DNA of 64,000 nucleotides from Haliotis rubra (taxonomy: Eukaryota). A program made the translations under genes and the position numbers. Under the pieces are notes generated by a model. The model had not been told where the DNA came from and did not search any database. It saw only the letters and a program-made list of their open reading frames with translations. The stretch spans positions 620,001 through 684,000 of the forward strand of contig NW_025767086.1 of assembly GCF_003918875.1 (NCBI RefSeq), in the 5' to 3' direction. Below are positions 10,358 to 23,521 of this stretch, piece by piece (the first letter of the stretch is position 1; each line of letters opens with the position of its first letter).

Positions 10358-11608
10358 CACCTTACACACACACACACCTAGAGGGAGAGAGACAGAGAAA
10401 GAGAGGCATAGTCTCAGAACTTCATTCAAATTAAAGGTGCGCCTAAATGTGTGAAACTGAACAAATCAAGACTTGTTTCATTTACTTTTTAGTGCAGCAT
10501 TTTCTGGCAGACGTGTACGTTAGCTTAACAAAAAGGACCAAGTCATCTACGGCGGTGGTAAATGTATATGAGGTGTTACATGTTCCTGTAGAATTAGAAT
10601 ACATTCTGCATGTCAGTCCAAGAACCCCACACATTTTCAACTGAACCAAACACAGATGCTGATGATTTCTGTCTCGGTTCCGGTTTTTTCATAATCAGGA
10701 TGCCAGTCTTATTACAATCAGATCTTAGTGTTCCGTACCGCTACACATACCGAGGACTACGATATGATTTAAAGATAGTTACGGTGTAAACTTGGCAAAG
10801 CTGGAGTTTGGGATCAATAAGGATATTGAGTTAGTGAGTGAAATGTGTTTTATGCCAACCGAACAACAGTACTGTTCAAAGATGGTGGATGGATTCACAC
10901 CACATTATCCACATCCAACTGGCACTGCTGGCAGTTCTGAACCTCATTTCAAAATGAAGCTAATTCCTCCCTCTCCTTGACTCTGAAGAGTACTTGAAGA
11001 GATCCCCTAAAGACCAGCTGTAACTAGCAGAATCAGTGTGAACAGACAACAGACACAATAACCTCCAACAAATATATAATAAGATTTATATACAACTTGA
11101 TAATACAAGGAGAATCTATTGGACTGTACAGACAAACGTCCTCATCTATTCAAATGTCTATTCAGTCTTGTTATCCTTGGTCACCTGGACACCAACAAAA
11201 GCACACACTGAAGGTCATTAAAATATATACCCAAAAGTATCAGAGGTACAGCAGCTCACCTTTATTAGGTTACTGAAAACTTAACACAGGTGTTCTTTAT
11301 CTGCAAATTTGTCTTGAAACAATCGCTATCCAACACTTGGATGTCTGTTGATAGTTGAGTCAGTGACTCTCTATATAGACAACTGTCAACAGGGTCAGTC
11401 AGCCAGTTTCTAAAACCTGACATTGAAGTGACAGGAGGCAGCCAACATACCACAGAGCATCATACTTAGAAGAAAAACAATCTGTTTTAAATTTTGTGGT
11501 CCTTTATCATTGATTTAAGACCGCTAAAAGTTTAATTTAAAACCAAACATTTAGCGGTCTCAAATCAACGATAACGGATCGCAAAATTGAAAACAGAGTA
11601 GCTTTATC

Positions 11609-12467
11609 TTCATTCTAGCACGGCTGATAAGCGTTTTAAAACCGAACTGTTTGGCGCGCAAGAACACAAGACATGAAGAGGCCTTTTTCCTGGAAATCGC
11701 TTGGAATTGTCCCGTTGAGGGACAGGTTGTGTAATGAACAAAATAAGACATTTTCAACAACATAATGCTTTATTTCAGGAACCAGTATGCTTGTATTTAT
11801 AACAAGTAGCATACATAAATGAAAAAAATACATTTTATACTGCGAGCAAGTACAATTATTTGATTTTTCTCAAGCGAATTATTGACCGCCCCTACTGTAT
11901 GACAATCGATTTGCCCCAATTTAAGCAGTGAACTCGCTAAGTTTAGTCGCCGCTAACTTTATTCACGGAAATAATTGTTGATAACCACCCGACTATTCCC
12001 ATTTTGCAAAAGACCTGAAATGCCACGTTTTATGTGGGATACATGGACAGTGGAAGCGGAAGGACTGGGCATGACGTCCGGGTAGGAAGCGGTCAGGTTA
12101 GGACGTGTGGGCCGAAGCGTGTTGTCGACGTCATGCCACCTAGATCTGTACCCGGTTTGAATATACTACTGCTTTTGCGCTACTGACGGATTTTCCAGCT
12201 TCGTAGTTTCTTCACTGGGATTAGGCTAAAGAAATTCGTCTTTAAACCATTCGCTTTTTACTTCAAAAGCACCAAAGATGCTGACGCGGCAGAAACTGCC
12301 AATGTCCGACATGTTTGTTTACAAACAATAGGGTCAACGAGTTCGTTGTATTCATACGCGGTGAATCGGTCACTTTAATTAACGGTCTTAACCTGCCATT
12401 TAAGTACGATTTTGATGTGCTCTCAGCCAATCAGAATCGAGTATCACACAATGTCGTGCTAGAATAA
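11609..12467. mobile_element. Putative non-autonomous DNA element with short terminal inverted repeats
   Basis: attctagcacg at ~11612 and cgtgctagaat at ~12455 bracket a CpG-richer segment ending agccaatcagaatcgagtat. No ORF. Family not assigned. Confidence 0.35.
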
Positions 12468-13789
12468 GCTTTTATGACTGTTTCCCAAACCTGTTACAAG
12501 ATAACTTTTCAGATGACACATGGGGTGACATACTTAGAAATTGATTAGTATCAGTGAATCAATGTGATGGAAACAATCCATATACAAGAAAGTATCTTTT
12601 AATCATCGTTCACATGAAAGTGTTACATACAAGTGACCAGTCTCACAAATATACACATGAAAGTTCTACATACAACTGTACACAGGAATATACATATTAC
12701 TCGCAAGTGACCAGTTCCACCACTATGCATGAAGCTGTGGTCGGTCGTAAAACATGTCCAAGGGGTGGCAATCTTTGACAAAAAGGCACGCAGGATTAAT
12801 TTCTACAACATTCCACTGACAACAATATCAACATTCCGTTCCACATATAGCGTGTAAAACATAATTCCACATATAGCGTGTAAAACATAAACAAGACAAA
12901 CAAATAAAGTTAATTCATGCAATTATTCAGCCATTCATAAAATTACCAGAAAAAGCAAAAATGTGACATTAAAAGCTCTAAGAACCCATCTGATTCATAA
13001 TCATGTATGTGTGTGTAGATGCAGGTATGCTAGAAGAATTTGCACAAAAATCTACACCTTGGTGTTAGTTATAAATATTTACATGTATACATTCATATTC
13101 CTTCAGATTCTTGAATACACAGACATTTCTAAATTCATAACTGGTCATAGTCATAGGAAATCAAACTGGTGTCAAAACCATTCTTTTGTTAATTACAGGG
13201 AAGGTATTCACTGAACAAGGTCCTGAGACATATCATCTGATATATATAGTAGCGAGCAGAAAGGAAGTGACAAACATGTTTCCTCAGATTCGATGCCACT
13301 CATGAAATAGCCCAAATAATGTGTTTTGATCTGTCTGTAGCTTATGCCGTTGTTACGAGATTATCTCCCTTGAGACAGCTTGGTCACCTGACCTCCTTGC
13401 TAGTAGCTTAAGCATGATGTTACAAAGCAACAGAAATCAACACACATTTTATGAATATGGTATAAAATCAGTAAACAGACTGTGAATTTGACAGATTTAC
13501 ATAGGGGTTCAATCTACCTGCAATATGAAGAAATTTGAAGCTGGACTGGGTCAGAGCGGAAGGGCTGGATCGGGACGATGGGATTCTCTCAGTGTGAATG
13601 ACAGGCGACGGATGTCTTGCAGCGGTACACGCAAACTGGTCTGCCAAACAACTTGCTGTGAAGGCTCTAAGGAACCCCTGAAGCAATCTGGGTATGTCAA
13701 GCGAGTCCCAAAGTAAATCCCATATATGACAGCAGTGCATATCAGTGGCGGATCCAGAGGGGTGGTTCAGGGGGTAAGATGGTCAAGCA

Positions 13790-14606
13790 GTGGGTAATCA
13801 TTGCTGTAAAATCGTTCCAAAGTAATCACCAAGCGTCATGATTTGGGGTGGCATTAGCAAACACCTCTTCTGACTAGTGAGTGAGTGAGTTTAGTTTTAC
13901 ACCACACTCAGCTATATGGCGGCGGTCTGTAAATAATCGCGTCTGGACCAGACAATCCAGTGATCAACAGCATGAGCATCGATCTGCGCAATTGGGAACC
14001 GATGACATGTGTCAAGCAAGCCAGGGAGCCTGACCACCCAATCCCGTTAGTCGCCTCTTACGACGAAGATCAATATTCCAACCCCAACCTTCACGGGTTC
14101 TTCTGACTATTACAGGATGGATGGATTCACTCAAGTACTGCCAACTTATACAAGAAGTTATAGTGGAATCACATCTAGGTCAGAGTGGCACACCTTTTAA
14201 ACTGTCACAGGACAATGCACCTGTAGATAAGTCAAGACACACCTGTATCTGGTTTGAGACAAATCACGTGACTTTACAGAAATTCCCAGAAACTTGAACC
14301 CCATTGAAAATGTGTGGCAGATAATGAAGAAAACTCGAAAAACTCGAAGCAAAGAGTGTCGTGGAATGGTCCCACTTCATCAATCAAATGTGGGTAGATC
14401 TACCCCAGGGATACATAGACAATTTAATAAACAGGGAACGCTGCATCCAACAGTGTATCAAGAGAAACGGCACACTAACAGACTATTGACTTGCATATTC
14501 TTAAACTTCCATATCCAAAGTATGTGTATGTAAAAGATCTTTGAATTTGACTGAAAAAAAAAATTTACTTCTGTAAAATGTTGCATATTTTCTGCTCTTT
14601 ACTGTA
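13790..14606 (+). mobile_element. Tc1 transposase remnant interrupted by a SINE
   Basis: Fragments VMIWGGIS, QDNAPV and LNPIENVWQIMK, with a probable right end ..ctctttactg|ta. Confidence 0.75.
13877..14097 (-). mobile_element. SINE family A (no tRNA head) with target-site duplication
   Basis: (gtga)n tail through to cttcacggg, TSD tcttctgacta on both sides, internal deletion in the head. Confidence 0.85.
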
Positions 14607-14698
14607 CAAATATAAGAAGATATGCCTGACATATTTACCATTAAACAGAGTAACATAACATATCTTGTCAAGTCTTAGCTTGGGAGACAGAAGGTCAA

Positions 14699-14943
14699 GT
14701 GAGTGATTGAGTGAGTTTAGTTATACGCCACACTCGGCAATATTCCAGCTATATGGCGGTGGTCTGTAAATAATCGAGCCTGGACCAGACAATCCAGTGA
14801 TGAACAGCATGAGCATCGATCTGAGTAATTGGGATACGATGACATGTGTCAACCAAGTCAGCAAGTCTGACCACCCGATACCGTTAGTCGCCTCTTACGA
14901 CAATCATGGGTTACTGAAGATCAATTCTAACTCAGATCTTCAC
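14699..14943 (-). mobile_element. SINE family A
   Basis: Near-complete copy matching those at 23193 and 52343. aggtcaag is repeated at the flanks. Confidence 0.85.
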
Positions 14944-15235
14944 ATTTTTGTGTTCAATAGGTCAAGATTTAATCATACAGGAAAAAGATGTGAAAATCCG
15001 AACATCTTGTCACTGGAATTAATAATTTTTTTGTATTTCTACAAATTAAGGAGTGTTTAGAAAGAGTCGATCACATCAACATTACTAAATATAGCACAAT
15101 ACATCATGGTCATGTATAATTAGTGGTTAGACAGAACAAGGCTGGGACAAGGAAGGAGTCTCCTTACACACTTACACACTTGAACCCTTTACAGTACTCT
15201 GACTAAATATGCTGCACCTAGCTATATGTACCACA

Positions 15236-15400
15236 TGGGCAGTGGGGTAGCCTAGTGGTTAAGACGTTCACTCGTCATGCCGAAGACCCGGGTTCAATTC
15301 CCCATATGGGCACAATGTGTGAAGCCCATTTCTGGTATTCCCTGCCATAATGTTGCTGGAATATTGTTAAAATCAGCGTAAAACTAAACTCACTCACTCA
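15236..15400 (+). mobile_element. tRNA-derived SINE, family B, full length
   Basis: A-box tagcctagtgg, B-box ggttcaattcc, tail gctggaatattg..cgtaaaactaaactcactcactca, TSD atatgtaccacatg. Confidence 0.9.
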
Positions 15401-16710
15401 CAATATGTACCACATGTCACAGACAACTACATATCCAGCTGTGGAAGCAGTGTGGTGGAGCATCACAGTAGACGCCATGCTTACCATTTACAACTTCACT
15501 CAAATACATCATCACATTGACACATTTTTGGTTACATCATATGGAGCAAGTGGATGTTTTACACCACACCTGACACCTGTAAGTAAATTAACATAATGAA
15601 TAGTCATCAACAAGCCCACAAACAGTTGCAAGCACACATGTTATCACAGAAGTGTAACTGTTAAAGCTACAAACACATTGCACACATTGCCTTAAAAACA
15701 GCAGATAGTAGAGAAATATTCCATTAGTAATGGTAATACTGTTGTTGATACACATGTTTATTACAAGTCCCTTCTTGTTTGACGTGTAACCTAAGTTCAT
15801 CCTCCAGTGGACATATGAATACAGTCATGGTATGTGGAATTACACTGAGGCAAGCAAGCATTGTATTTTCACATTAACTTGTTAGTAATTTATTCATACT
15901 GAGCACACCCAAACCATGTCCAGGATCTTTTTCAATGCAGTTAAAAAGAGTAATTCTTTACAAAATTCATTGTCTAGAAACTTTTTCATGAACTTACACA
16001 TGGAGGCCTTTTATAACTTTGCCTCCAGAGTCTTTCTCAGGTTTCCTGTTGGTATTTACACACACTTTTTGAACGAATGATGCTATGAATAATGGTTGTG
16101 CAAACACTGACAGGTCATTGAGTATGTACCACTTGTTGGTCACTCAGGGAATATGATTTGATTTTGTAGATACTTGTGTAATTCCTAATAAAACATGTTT
16201 CAGCTGGAATTGGAATTGTTTTGTAAATTCATAAACCAATTCATTGAAATAAAACAACATGGTCTCATAACCCATTACAATATTTAATAGCTTAAACCAT
16301 TTGGGCTCTTAAATATGACAAAATCAAAACCTAGCCCCACCTGTTATTATTTTCACATGAAACCTTATGGATTATTGCATAAGTTGAAACTGTGCCCATA
16401 AACTGTTCTACTTCACAGACGAATCTCATAACAAAGGCCTGGGTCCTAATGGCTACTTTTCGGCAACCATGATGCCCAGCATCTGAACATCTACAAAGAA
16501 ATGTATGACACAGATGCTGATAGTGACACCTATTGTACATAACATTCAAACAAATTTTCCATGATAGGAACTCCAATATGTTTCCCCATGACAGAATTAA
16601 TATCAACTTTCCGTTCCATCCTATGAAATATATTTACTGAAACTGAATATCAGCCATTCACATTTGTGGGACACGACAAACTATTCTGCAATTTCACCAC
16701 CTACAGGAAA

Positions 16711-19700
16711 TCACGCCAGACTTATCTTCACTTCAAAGGGAGGGTTATCAGCATTCATTTCCTGTCTGAATAGCTGTGTGTGTTGCCAGGCATTGTCTCC
16801 ATTACCACCGCTCAGGTCCGCAGTGATAGTCAATGTCAGACATCCCTTCACATCAACCTCCCTCAAGGTCACCAGTTCAGGACCTGCAAGATGCATCACA
16901 AGTCCATTTCAGTTAATGTACTTTAGGTGAACATACAATATGGAACTCCCGGAACCATCTTCCATTACCCAGTTGTTTTAAATCTCCATTATGCAATGAT
17001 AAATACCCTGGACATGCTGAAACTCATCAAATTCAATATGATCAGGGGCTAGCTCCAAATAGGTGAAGATTTTGAATAGCGATCCATGCCACACTCACAT
17101 GCAGAAGAAACATTCCGATTGGTTGCTGATTTCAAAATCATGAATCAGAACAATTACCGGTATGTTCTAGGTTAGTTAAAACAGAGAAAGTCCAGGTAGC
17201 TTCAGTTTGCTGAATGGGTCCTAGGTATCAAAATGCCATTAACTCAGTGGAATTATGATACACATGATGATTAAGGACACATGTCCAAGAAGACATATCA
17301 GCTACATAAAAACACATTTCATTTCCATATTGCAGAACTAGATCCTCCCAACTGCTTGTCTTCTCCACGTAGGGAAGGAGACTAAAGCTGCTCATGCATC
17401 CTATATATATCACCCTGTAAACAGAGTACATTATAAGTAGTACGCTTCTCTCAAGGGTAATACGGTCTGATGTACGCTTCTGTGTAGCAGTCTTAGCCGA
17501 GCTGGTAGGCGAGGGATAACACTGCTATAAAGAGGCGTATATCAGACCATATAACCTGAGGGAGAAGCATACAACGTATTTATCTTACCACCATGTTAAA
17601 TGTACAAAACATAATTTTATTTTATTTTGAAGATCGCTACCCACTATTTGACATGTAAACAAAATTACCATGTAATTTAGATGTTGGCAATGGCACAAAT
17701 TTAACTTAAACTTAAATAAGCTATAAGCACAGCCATTTTGAATATTCTTAAACATGTTAAATGAGAAGTCTGCTCAGGACGAAGGACATGTGAAGCTGGT
17801 ATTGATGGGTTCAATAGGTGGGGGTGAATAGAACATTGTACCTCTCATTCTGATACACTTGTCATCTCCACAGATTGTCCACATCACTTTACCACTCTCA
17901 AACACAGAACTGTCTGCCTTCAGTAGACACCGGTTGACTCGCAGACCACTTTCTAGAATAATATGAAAACAATTTTCAGTCACTCTCATGAAATGATTTA
18001 CGTTTAAGATATATATTTCAGTTGTATGTATGTGTTCAACTGACAAAAATGATTAACTCAAAGCAATCAACTAATGTAAATGAATAATTGTGTTACTATG
18101 GTTACAGACATTTAACACAATTCAGTAACCATAGTAATTATATTTTAATCCAGACATATAATCTGCTATCAGTATCATGGTTATGGCTCTTGATACTGTT
18201 TTGTATATACTAGTAACTCTAAAACAGTCATAACACAGCCATAACCACACAAAGAATCATATCCATGTACTAGTCAAACATGTTAAAGATTCTGCTGCCA
18301 TTACATATTCAAAGCATTTACTTAACCATGTGAAAAGTTAAGAGGGATGCCATGGGTCCAAGTCATAATGGATAGAGATACTACACTCAAACCATATGAT
18401 AACAATTTCAGGTTTAGATTCTACCTCCAATCATGTACTACAGCAAACATCATTCTTTCCAAACATTTCACAATTAGCAAATCATTGAATGACCTTAACC
18501 TTTAAAGTCAAATTTCCACGAGACTGATGCCCGAGCAGATCCTTCTGTCCGCGTTAGGTACACCATCTTCCAGTCTCTCTCCTCCTTCCTAAACACAGAT
18601 GATGCCTTGTGTACACAACTCAGCCAGCCTGCTGTCTCCGAGTTACTCGACGACAAGCGCACATACTTGTCTTCAGCACAGTTATACTGAAAGTGACACA
18701 CTTCTCGCTCTTTCTCTTCCTGTGTCAGAGTGAAAATGAATGAACCACTTGAATCGGTACCTTCAGCCCTCCCTATTTCTCCACGAGCCTGTCGCCAAGC
18801 TAGTGACCCCGTAGTACGCCCTGACAAGCCTTGACCATCTGCTGTTTTAGGAGTAAGGAATTCAACCAGCTCTATAATCAGGCGATTTAAAAGTTCATTT
18901 TTCCTGGACGTGGATAAAGCATTAACTTTCTTGTTCCACTGTCGTGTGAGGACACTACACAGCCAGTTTTCACGACATTCTTTTCTTCTCAATAGCACTT
19001 CAGGATGTTTGGATGAATACCGCCACGTAACATCCAGCACTTCATCTTTGGAGAAAGCAATGATATATGTCAGCTTCTTCCCCCAACCAGCCTCATAAAG
19101 CAAGGGTTTATCACAGACATTTTCACAGGGGTCACAGTGCAGCCATCGCCTCTGTGAATTCGAGTACACTTCAGTCCACACATGGTCAGTCCAGTCCAAG
19201 ACGTATCTAGCTTCAAAACCCACAGCTCGACAACACAGAGTGAAGCAGTTGGCCCACTCTCCACATCGGCCTCTCCGTGTCTCCAGGAGTTTCTGTGGAT
19301 GGTTGTAACGTGGGAAACGTGTGTGCTGCTGGCAAGAATTGCACCTGTAGTTTTCTACTCGAGATGCCCCCCAAATCCTTTCCTGAGGTAAAGGATCAAC
19401 TCCACCCATAAGTCGAGTCTCGGCCCCACATGCATTGCATGGAGGAGCATCCACCCACTGAAAAAAGGATTTTTTGAACCACCCAAGCAGCTCCAACAGA
19501 AGAGTGTCTTGTCTGTCCAGAGCCACCTCACCACGTCCAGCTGGGCACTCCTGGATCAGGTTCCGCCAGTTGGCGTCTGCTGCCTTCTGGAGCTGTTCCA
19601 GTGGAATTACCTCCCTTGCCTTCTGCTGCAGGGTACGGTCCTCGTACATCAATACATGGGACATTGAGCTCTGAATCTTGCTGAAGAAAACTGACTCCAT

Positions 19701-22398
19701 TTCCTACAATATACAAAGTTTAAATTCATAACATTATGAATAAATTCTAGCTCAGAGCATAGCTAATAATTGATCAATCTTTTCAGGTAACATGTGTTAC
19801 ACTGAAGATCCTTCCAAACTTTCAAATTCTTGCCACTAAAGCCACACCCATTTTTATTATAGTATATTTATATACTGCACACACCCAGGCAACTAGTGCA
19901 TGCTCAAGGCAGCTGGTGGACTGGGACACATAGTCACAGTACTTTGTCTAAGTTCACTGCACGTTGCTGTACCCGCAACTAGGTGTTTGCACGTATTCAT
20001 GTGGCCACCATCTGATATACCAATGGATATGTGGGATTTTTAAGTGCACAGGCTTGTGTACTGTACACTAAGGGTTGTGACAACACTGAAAGAGTCTGCA
20101 CATAAAGTTGACTCCAAAGTTTTTACACTCGGTCACATGTGGGCTCGATCCTGACACCTCAACCTCGCTGGATCACTAGCCTGGCACCTTAGCCAGCTCG
20201 CCAGCCATCCCCCATCACTGCAAATAGGATTTTGTCAAGGCAAAAGATATACTTGCTAAAACCTAGCAAGACAAACAAAATGTAATAAATTTCAAAATAC
20301 ATACATGTACTAAACCCAGTCTGCTACCTTAGTCTATAGTCATAATCTTCCAGATTTCATTAACTATGGTGCATCCTTGTTCAAACATGTTACCCTTGCT
20401 GGGAAGACACACATACATGAACATCCTGCGATGACATGGTCTGTTGAGCAGATGCTGTTGCAGCGCTGCGAGGAGCTTGCGGAGATAGAGAGGGTGTAGA
20501 CATAGCTGTTGATGCACTGCTGGGAGCTTGTGTTGAGATAGACGTTGTAGATATTGCAATGGATGTCGTTTGAGCTGGAGACTGTGATACCAGAGTGGGA
20601 TGTTGGGAGGTGACAGATTCAACATTGTCAAGTACAGGTGCACCCAGCTTGCTGCGTTGAGACTGCAGTTCAGCACAGATGAGACGGAGTGTGTTGAGTC
20701 CCGAGCCAACTGGCATTGTCAAGTACTCGCCATCCTGCAGCAAGAAGCAACTGACATGAAGACACATAAGACACACAGCAAAATTTTGTGTGGATAGTAG
20801 GGCTGTAACGATGCATTGAACTATCAATGGATAGCAATTGTTGAGTCTCCGATAACAATGAATCTATGGTAGAAACTAAAAACTATCAATGCATCAATAG
20901 TATGTGTGACTATCAATAGTTTAGTAATTGACTTCTGTTAATAAATAAATGCGCAGCACAAAATACAGGAAGTACCTGATTCGTTCACTTTGATTTAGAG
21001 TTATGGAGAAAACAACTATTGCAATGGTATTGCAATAGTTGGTCGCAATAGTATGTTGCAATAGACTCTTGCTATCGCAATAGTTGTTTCCCCTTCAATA
21101 GTCACCCCTACTGGATAAGCCATTAGAAATATCTCTGTTATGCTCAATATGACCCATGTATTTTTTATCATTATCGTAGTTATTTAAAGTTGAGTAGGTT
21201 CGTAGCTTTTACATATCATTATCTTGATAAAATGATGAACAGAATGTTCTGCTCTGTAATTGTTCATTGGACTTATAGGTATTAGATAATATAGTTCAAC
21301 AGTTTTGTTCAGAGCTTTTCCAGACAGCCATTGTAGCACAACATTTATTGAAGGTCTGCATAAAAGAAGGGAAAGTCATGGTGGCACGATTGCTCTGAAG
21401 GATGCTTCCCTGGTCACACTTTAAGGAAGTTACTCTGAGATGATTATATAGTCAGGTGATGTGAAGTAGCATACCGGGTATAACTTTGCGTTCAAGATTA
21501 CATTGCTTATATACTGAGGTGCATGCACATGTACATCTCCACACACTCAGCATAATGGCTCCGAGTCAACAAGTCTTTGTTCTGTTCCTTTAATGCCGAA
21601 CTCCAGGCTGGGTAACAACATGTAACATATTTTAAGTTCTTTTGGTATCATGTATCCAGAGATGAATCTGCTGATCTTCCTTTCTCTGGGCTGGATGTCG
21701 ATAATTTGCTTAACCACATGAGTGACTGCATGAGTTTCGTTTTACGCCCCGCTTTTAGCAATATTCCAGCATTATCACGGTGGGGGACACCAGAAATGGC
21801 TTTCACATATTGTACCCATGTGGGGAATCGAACCCGGGTCTTTGGCGTGACGAGCGAAAGCTTTAACCACTCGACTACCCCACCACCGCTTAACCACATG
21901 AAGGACTATTACAACACTGATTGAGGATTAGTTTTACACAAAAATTACAGTGACTTATGGCAAACGATTTGCCATCAGGCATGATTTATGAACACATAAC
22001 GTTAAATATTTAAAACACCTGGACTAAAGAATTTAACTGTGATCATACCCAGTAGTACCTTCAACAGTTACCATATTCCACACTATTATAATGTAGTTAA
22101 CTAAATACAGAATAAACCATTTTCACTTTTGCGGCAGTTATGAATAATGTAGATGGAAGAAATAAAGTGATCGTACCTCTAAGAATCCCATTTCAAACAG
22201 AACTTCCAAAGCGCCACTAATTGGGAGTAACTTCGACTGTACGATGGGGTTTCCCAAACGGATCTTTCTATACTTGGCCTCATTCGGTTTCTTTAGTATA
22301 TTGCTGGCAAATTTAAGCAACAACTCGGAAGTTTCGATAAAAATTTCCTTAGAATTCTCCGCCAAAAGTTGGGACACAGAATCCCACGTAGAGGCCAT
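16711..22398 (-). CDS. NGLY1: Peptide-N(4)-(N-acetyl-beta-glucosaminyl)asparagine amidase (PNGase / N-glycanase 1), 675 aa
   Basis: Exons 22398-22177, 20734-20417, 19703-18500, 17952-17842 and 16883-16711 total 2028 nt, all GT-AG and in frame. PUB domain (LLKFASNILKKPNEAKYRKIRLGN), Ser/Thr/Pro-rich linker, zinc CxxC pairs (PPCNAC, YRCNSC), catalytic GRCGEWANCF / DHVW / HCDPCE, and PAW domain (ERDWKMVYL, AWQHTQLFRQ). Confidence 0.96.
17440..17572. repeat. Imperfect palindrome in NGLY1 intron 4, probably a DNA-element remnant
   Basis: gcttctctcaagggtaatacggtctgatgtacgcttctgtgtagcagt pairs with actgctataaagaggcgtatatcagaccatataacctgagggagaagc. Confidence 0.65.
19860..20212 (-). mobile_element. 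tRNA-derived SINE, family C, in NGLY1 intron 2
   Basis: Reverse complement shows a tRNA-like head (ggcgagctggctaagg..ggatcgagccc) followed by gtcaactttatgtgcagactct..gtgcacttaaaaatccc, a body typical of conserved-domain invertebrate SINEs. Confidence 0.6.
20798..21110. mobile_element. hAT-like MITE in NGLY1 intron 1
   Basis: Ends tagggctgtaacgat / atagtcaccccta, imperfect 8-bp TSD gtggatag / ctggataa, internal tatcaata/gcaatag sub-repeats. Confidence 0.65.
21720..21889 (-). mobile_element. tRNA-derived SINE, family B, full length
   Basis: Complete head and tail. TSD gcttaaccacatga. Confidence 0.9.
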
Positions 22399-22407
22399 AG
22401 CTATGAT

Positions 22408-22436
22408 GAGTCACGTGATTGGATCACTTCCGGGTC
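22408..22436 (-). promoter_or_regulatory. NGLY1 proximal promoter or 5' leader motif cluster (E-box, CCAAT, ETS)
   Basis: gagTCACGTGATTGGatCACTTCCGGgt lies within 40 bp upstream of the ATG. Confidence 0.5.
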
Positions 22437-23192
22437 CATGATTCAACACTCGCGGCAGTGCTGTGCTCATGAGTTTGTGCGTTGTACGGTGTCGGATAAC
22501 AAAGTGTGGAACGCAGCTTATCGTAAACTGGTACCATGTCCTAGTTGCGCAACTTGGACACGGTGACTGTCTGGACTTTGTGCAGCAGTTGGTGGATTTA
22601 GCTCCCTTACACTACTGTGCTCACACTGTATTTGTCACTCAGTGACCCCAAGCTGCATGAAACCGCTAATGATATTGCTTTCGCATGGGCGAACGGTGCA
22701 TAACAGGTATTTCTGGGACGTCTATATACGTTTTATATAAACTCTCCTACCCAGAGTTGCGTTCTATGTCATCACTGCGCGGGAGTATGTTTTAGATGAA
22801 CATTCCTTGAATGTCTGAACAAAGAGATCCATAGATCGAAATGGCATAGCCCATGTCTGGTGTCCCAATCGTATTATTGTTGGAATATTGCTAAATCGAC
22901 GCAAGACCATATCTGCACTTTCCTGGCCGTCATTATAATACTGACTGTGACGGAAAGATGCATATTTGTATTCATTCATTTCATTAAGTGTTACTCGTAT
23001 CAGCTAAATTTATATTATTGCCAGTGATTTGATGCTGCGTTTTAAATTATTAATAGTCAACTGCCACTGAGCCTAGGAAGGCCGAAGGAAATAATCGTAC
23101 TCACTGCAGAGACATATGACGCAACACTCCTGGGGCTAAACAGGGATAATCTACATATATATAGTCTCCCTGGGCTAAATAAGAATAACTTT

Positions 23193-23521
23193 TGAGTGAG
23201 TGAGTGAATGAGTTTAGTTTACGCCGCACTCAGCAATATTCCAGCTATATGGCGGCGCACAGGCCCCCACTGCGGGTCAGAAAATCGGGCCTAGTTTATC
23301 GATTTTCTGACTGGCAGTGGGGGCCTGTGTGGCGGCGGTCTGTAAATAATCGAGCCTGGACCACACAATCAAGTCATCAACAGCATGAGCATCGATCTGT
23401 GTAATTGGGAACCGATGGCATGTGTCAACCAAGTCAGCAAGCCTGACCACCCGATACCGTTAGTCGCCTCTTACGACAAGCATGGGTTACTGAAGGCTCA
23501 TTCTAACCCGGACCTTCACGG
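23193..23521 (-). mobile_element. SINE family A carrying a nested micro-MITE
   Basis: Full copy from (gagt)n to gaccttcacggt, interrupted at 23258-23329. Confidence 0.88.
23258..23329. mobile_element. 72-bp palindromic micro-MITE (hAT- or P-like) with 8-bp TSD
   Basis: Perfect 16-bp TIR cacaggcccccactgc / gcagtgggggcctgtg, inner gtcagaaaatcg / cgattttctgac, perfect TSD tggcggcg at 23250-23257 and 23330-23337. Confidence 0.85.

Noticed and set aside
10054-10434. ORFs spanning the N run
   Set aside because: Artefacts of the assembly gap.
11518-11561. Short hairpin agaccgctaaa..tttagcggtct as a terminator or ncRNA
   Set aside because: Isolated ~11-bp stem beside a putative DNA element, with no other support.
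12839-12890. 26-bp direct duplication ttccacatatagcgtgtaaaacataa
   Set aside because: Ordinary local slippage duplication with no sign of function.
15236-15310. tRNA genes (also near 21815-21889, 27515-27586 and 61388-61460)
   Set aside because: The tRNA-like A/B boxes run straight into SINE bodies and tails, several with TSDs. These are SINE heads, not tRNA genes.
22463-22645. Short + strand ORF as a head-to-head partner of NGLY1 (OXSM in vertebrates)
   Set aside because: No ketoacyl-synthase similarity and no downstream exons that I can find.
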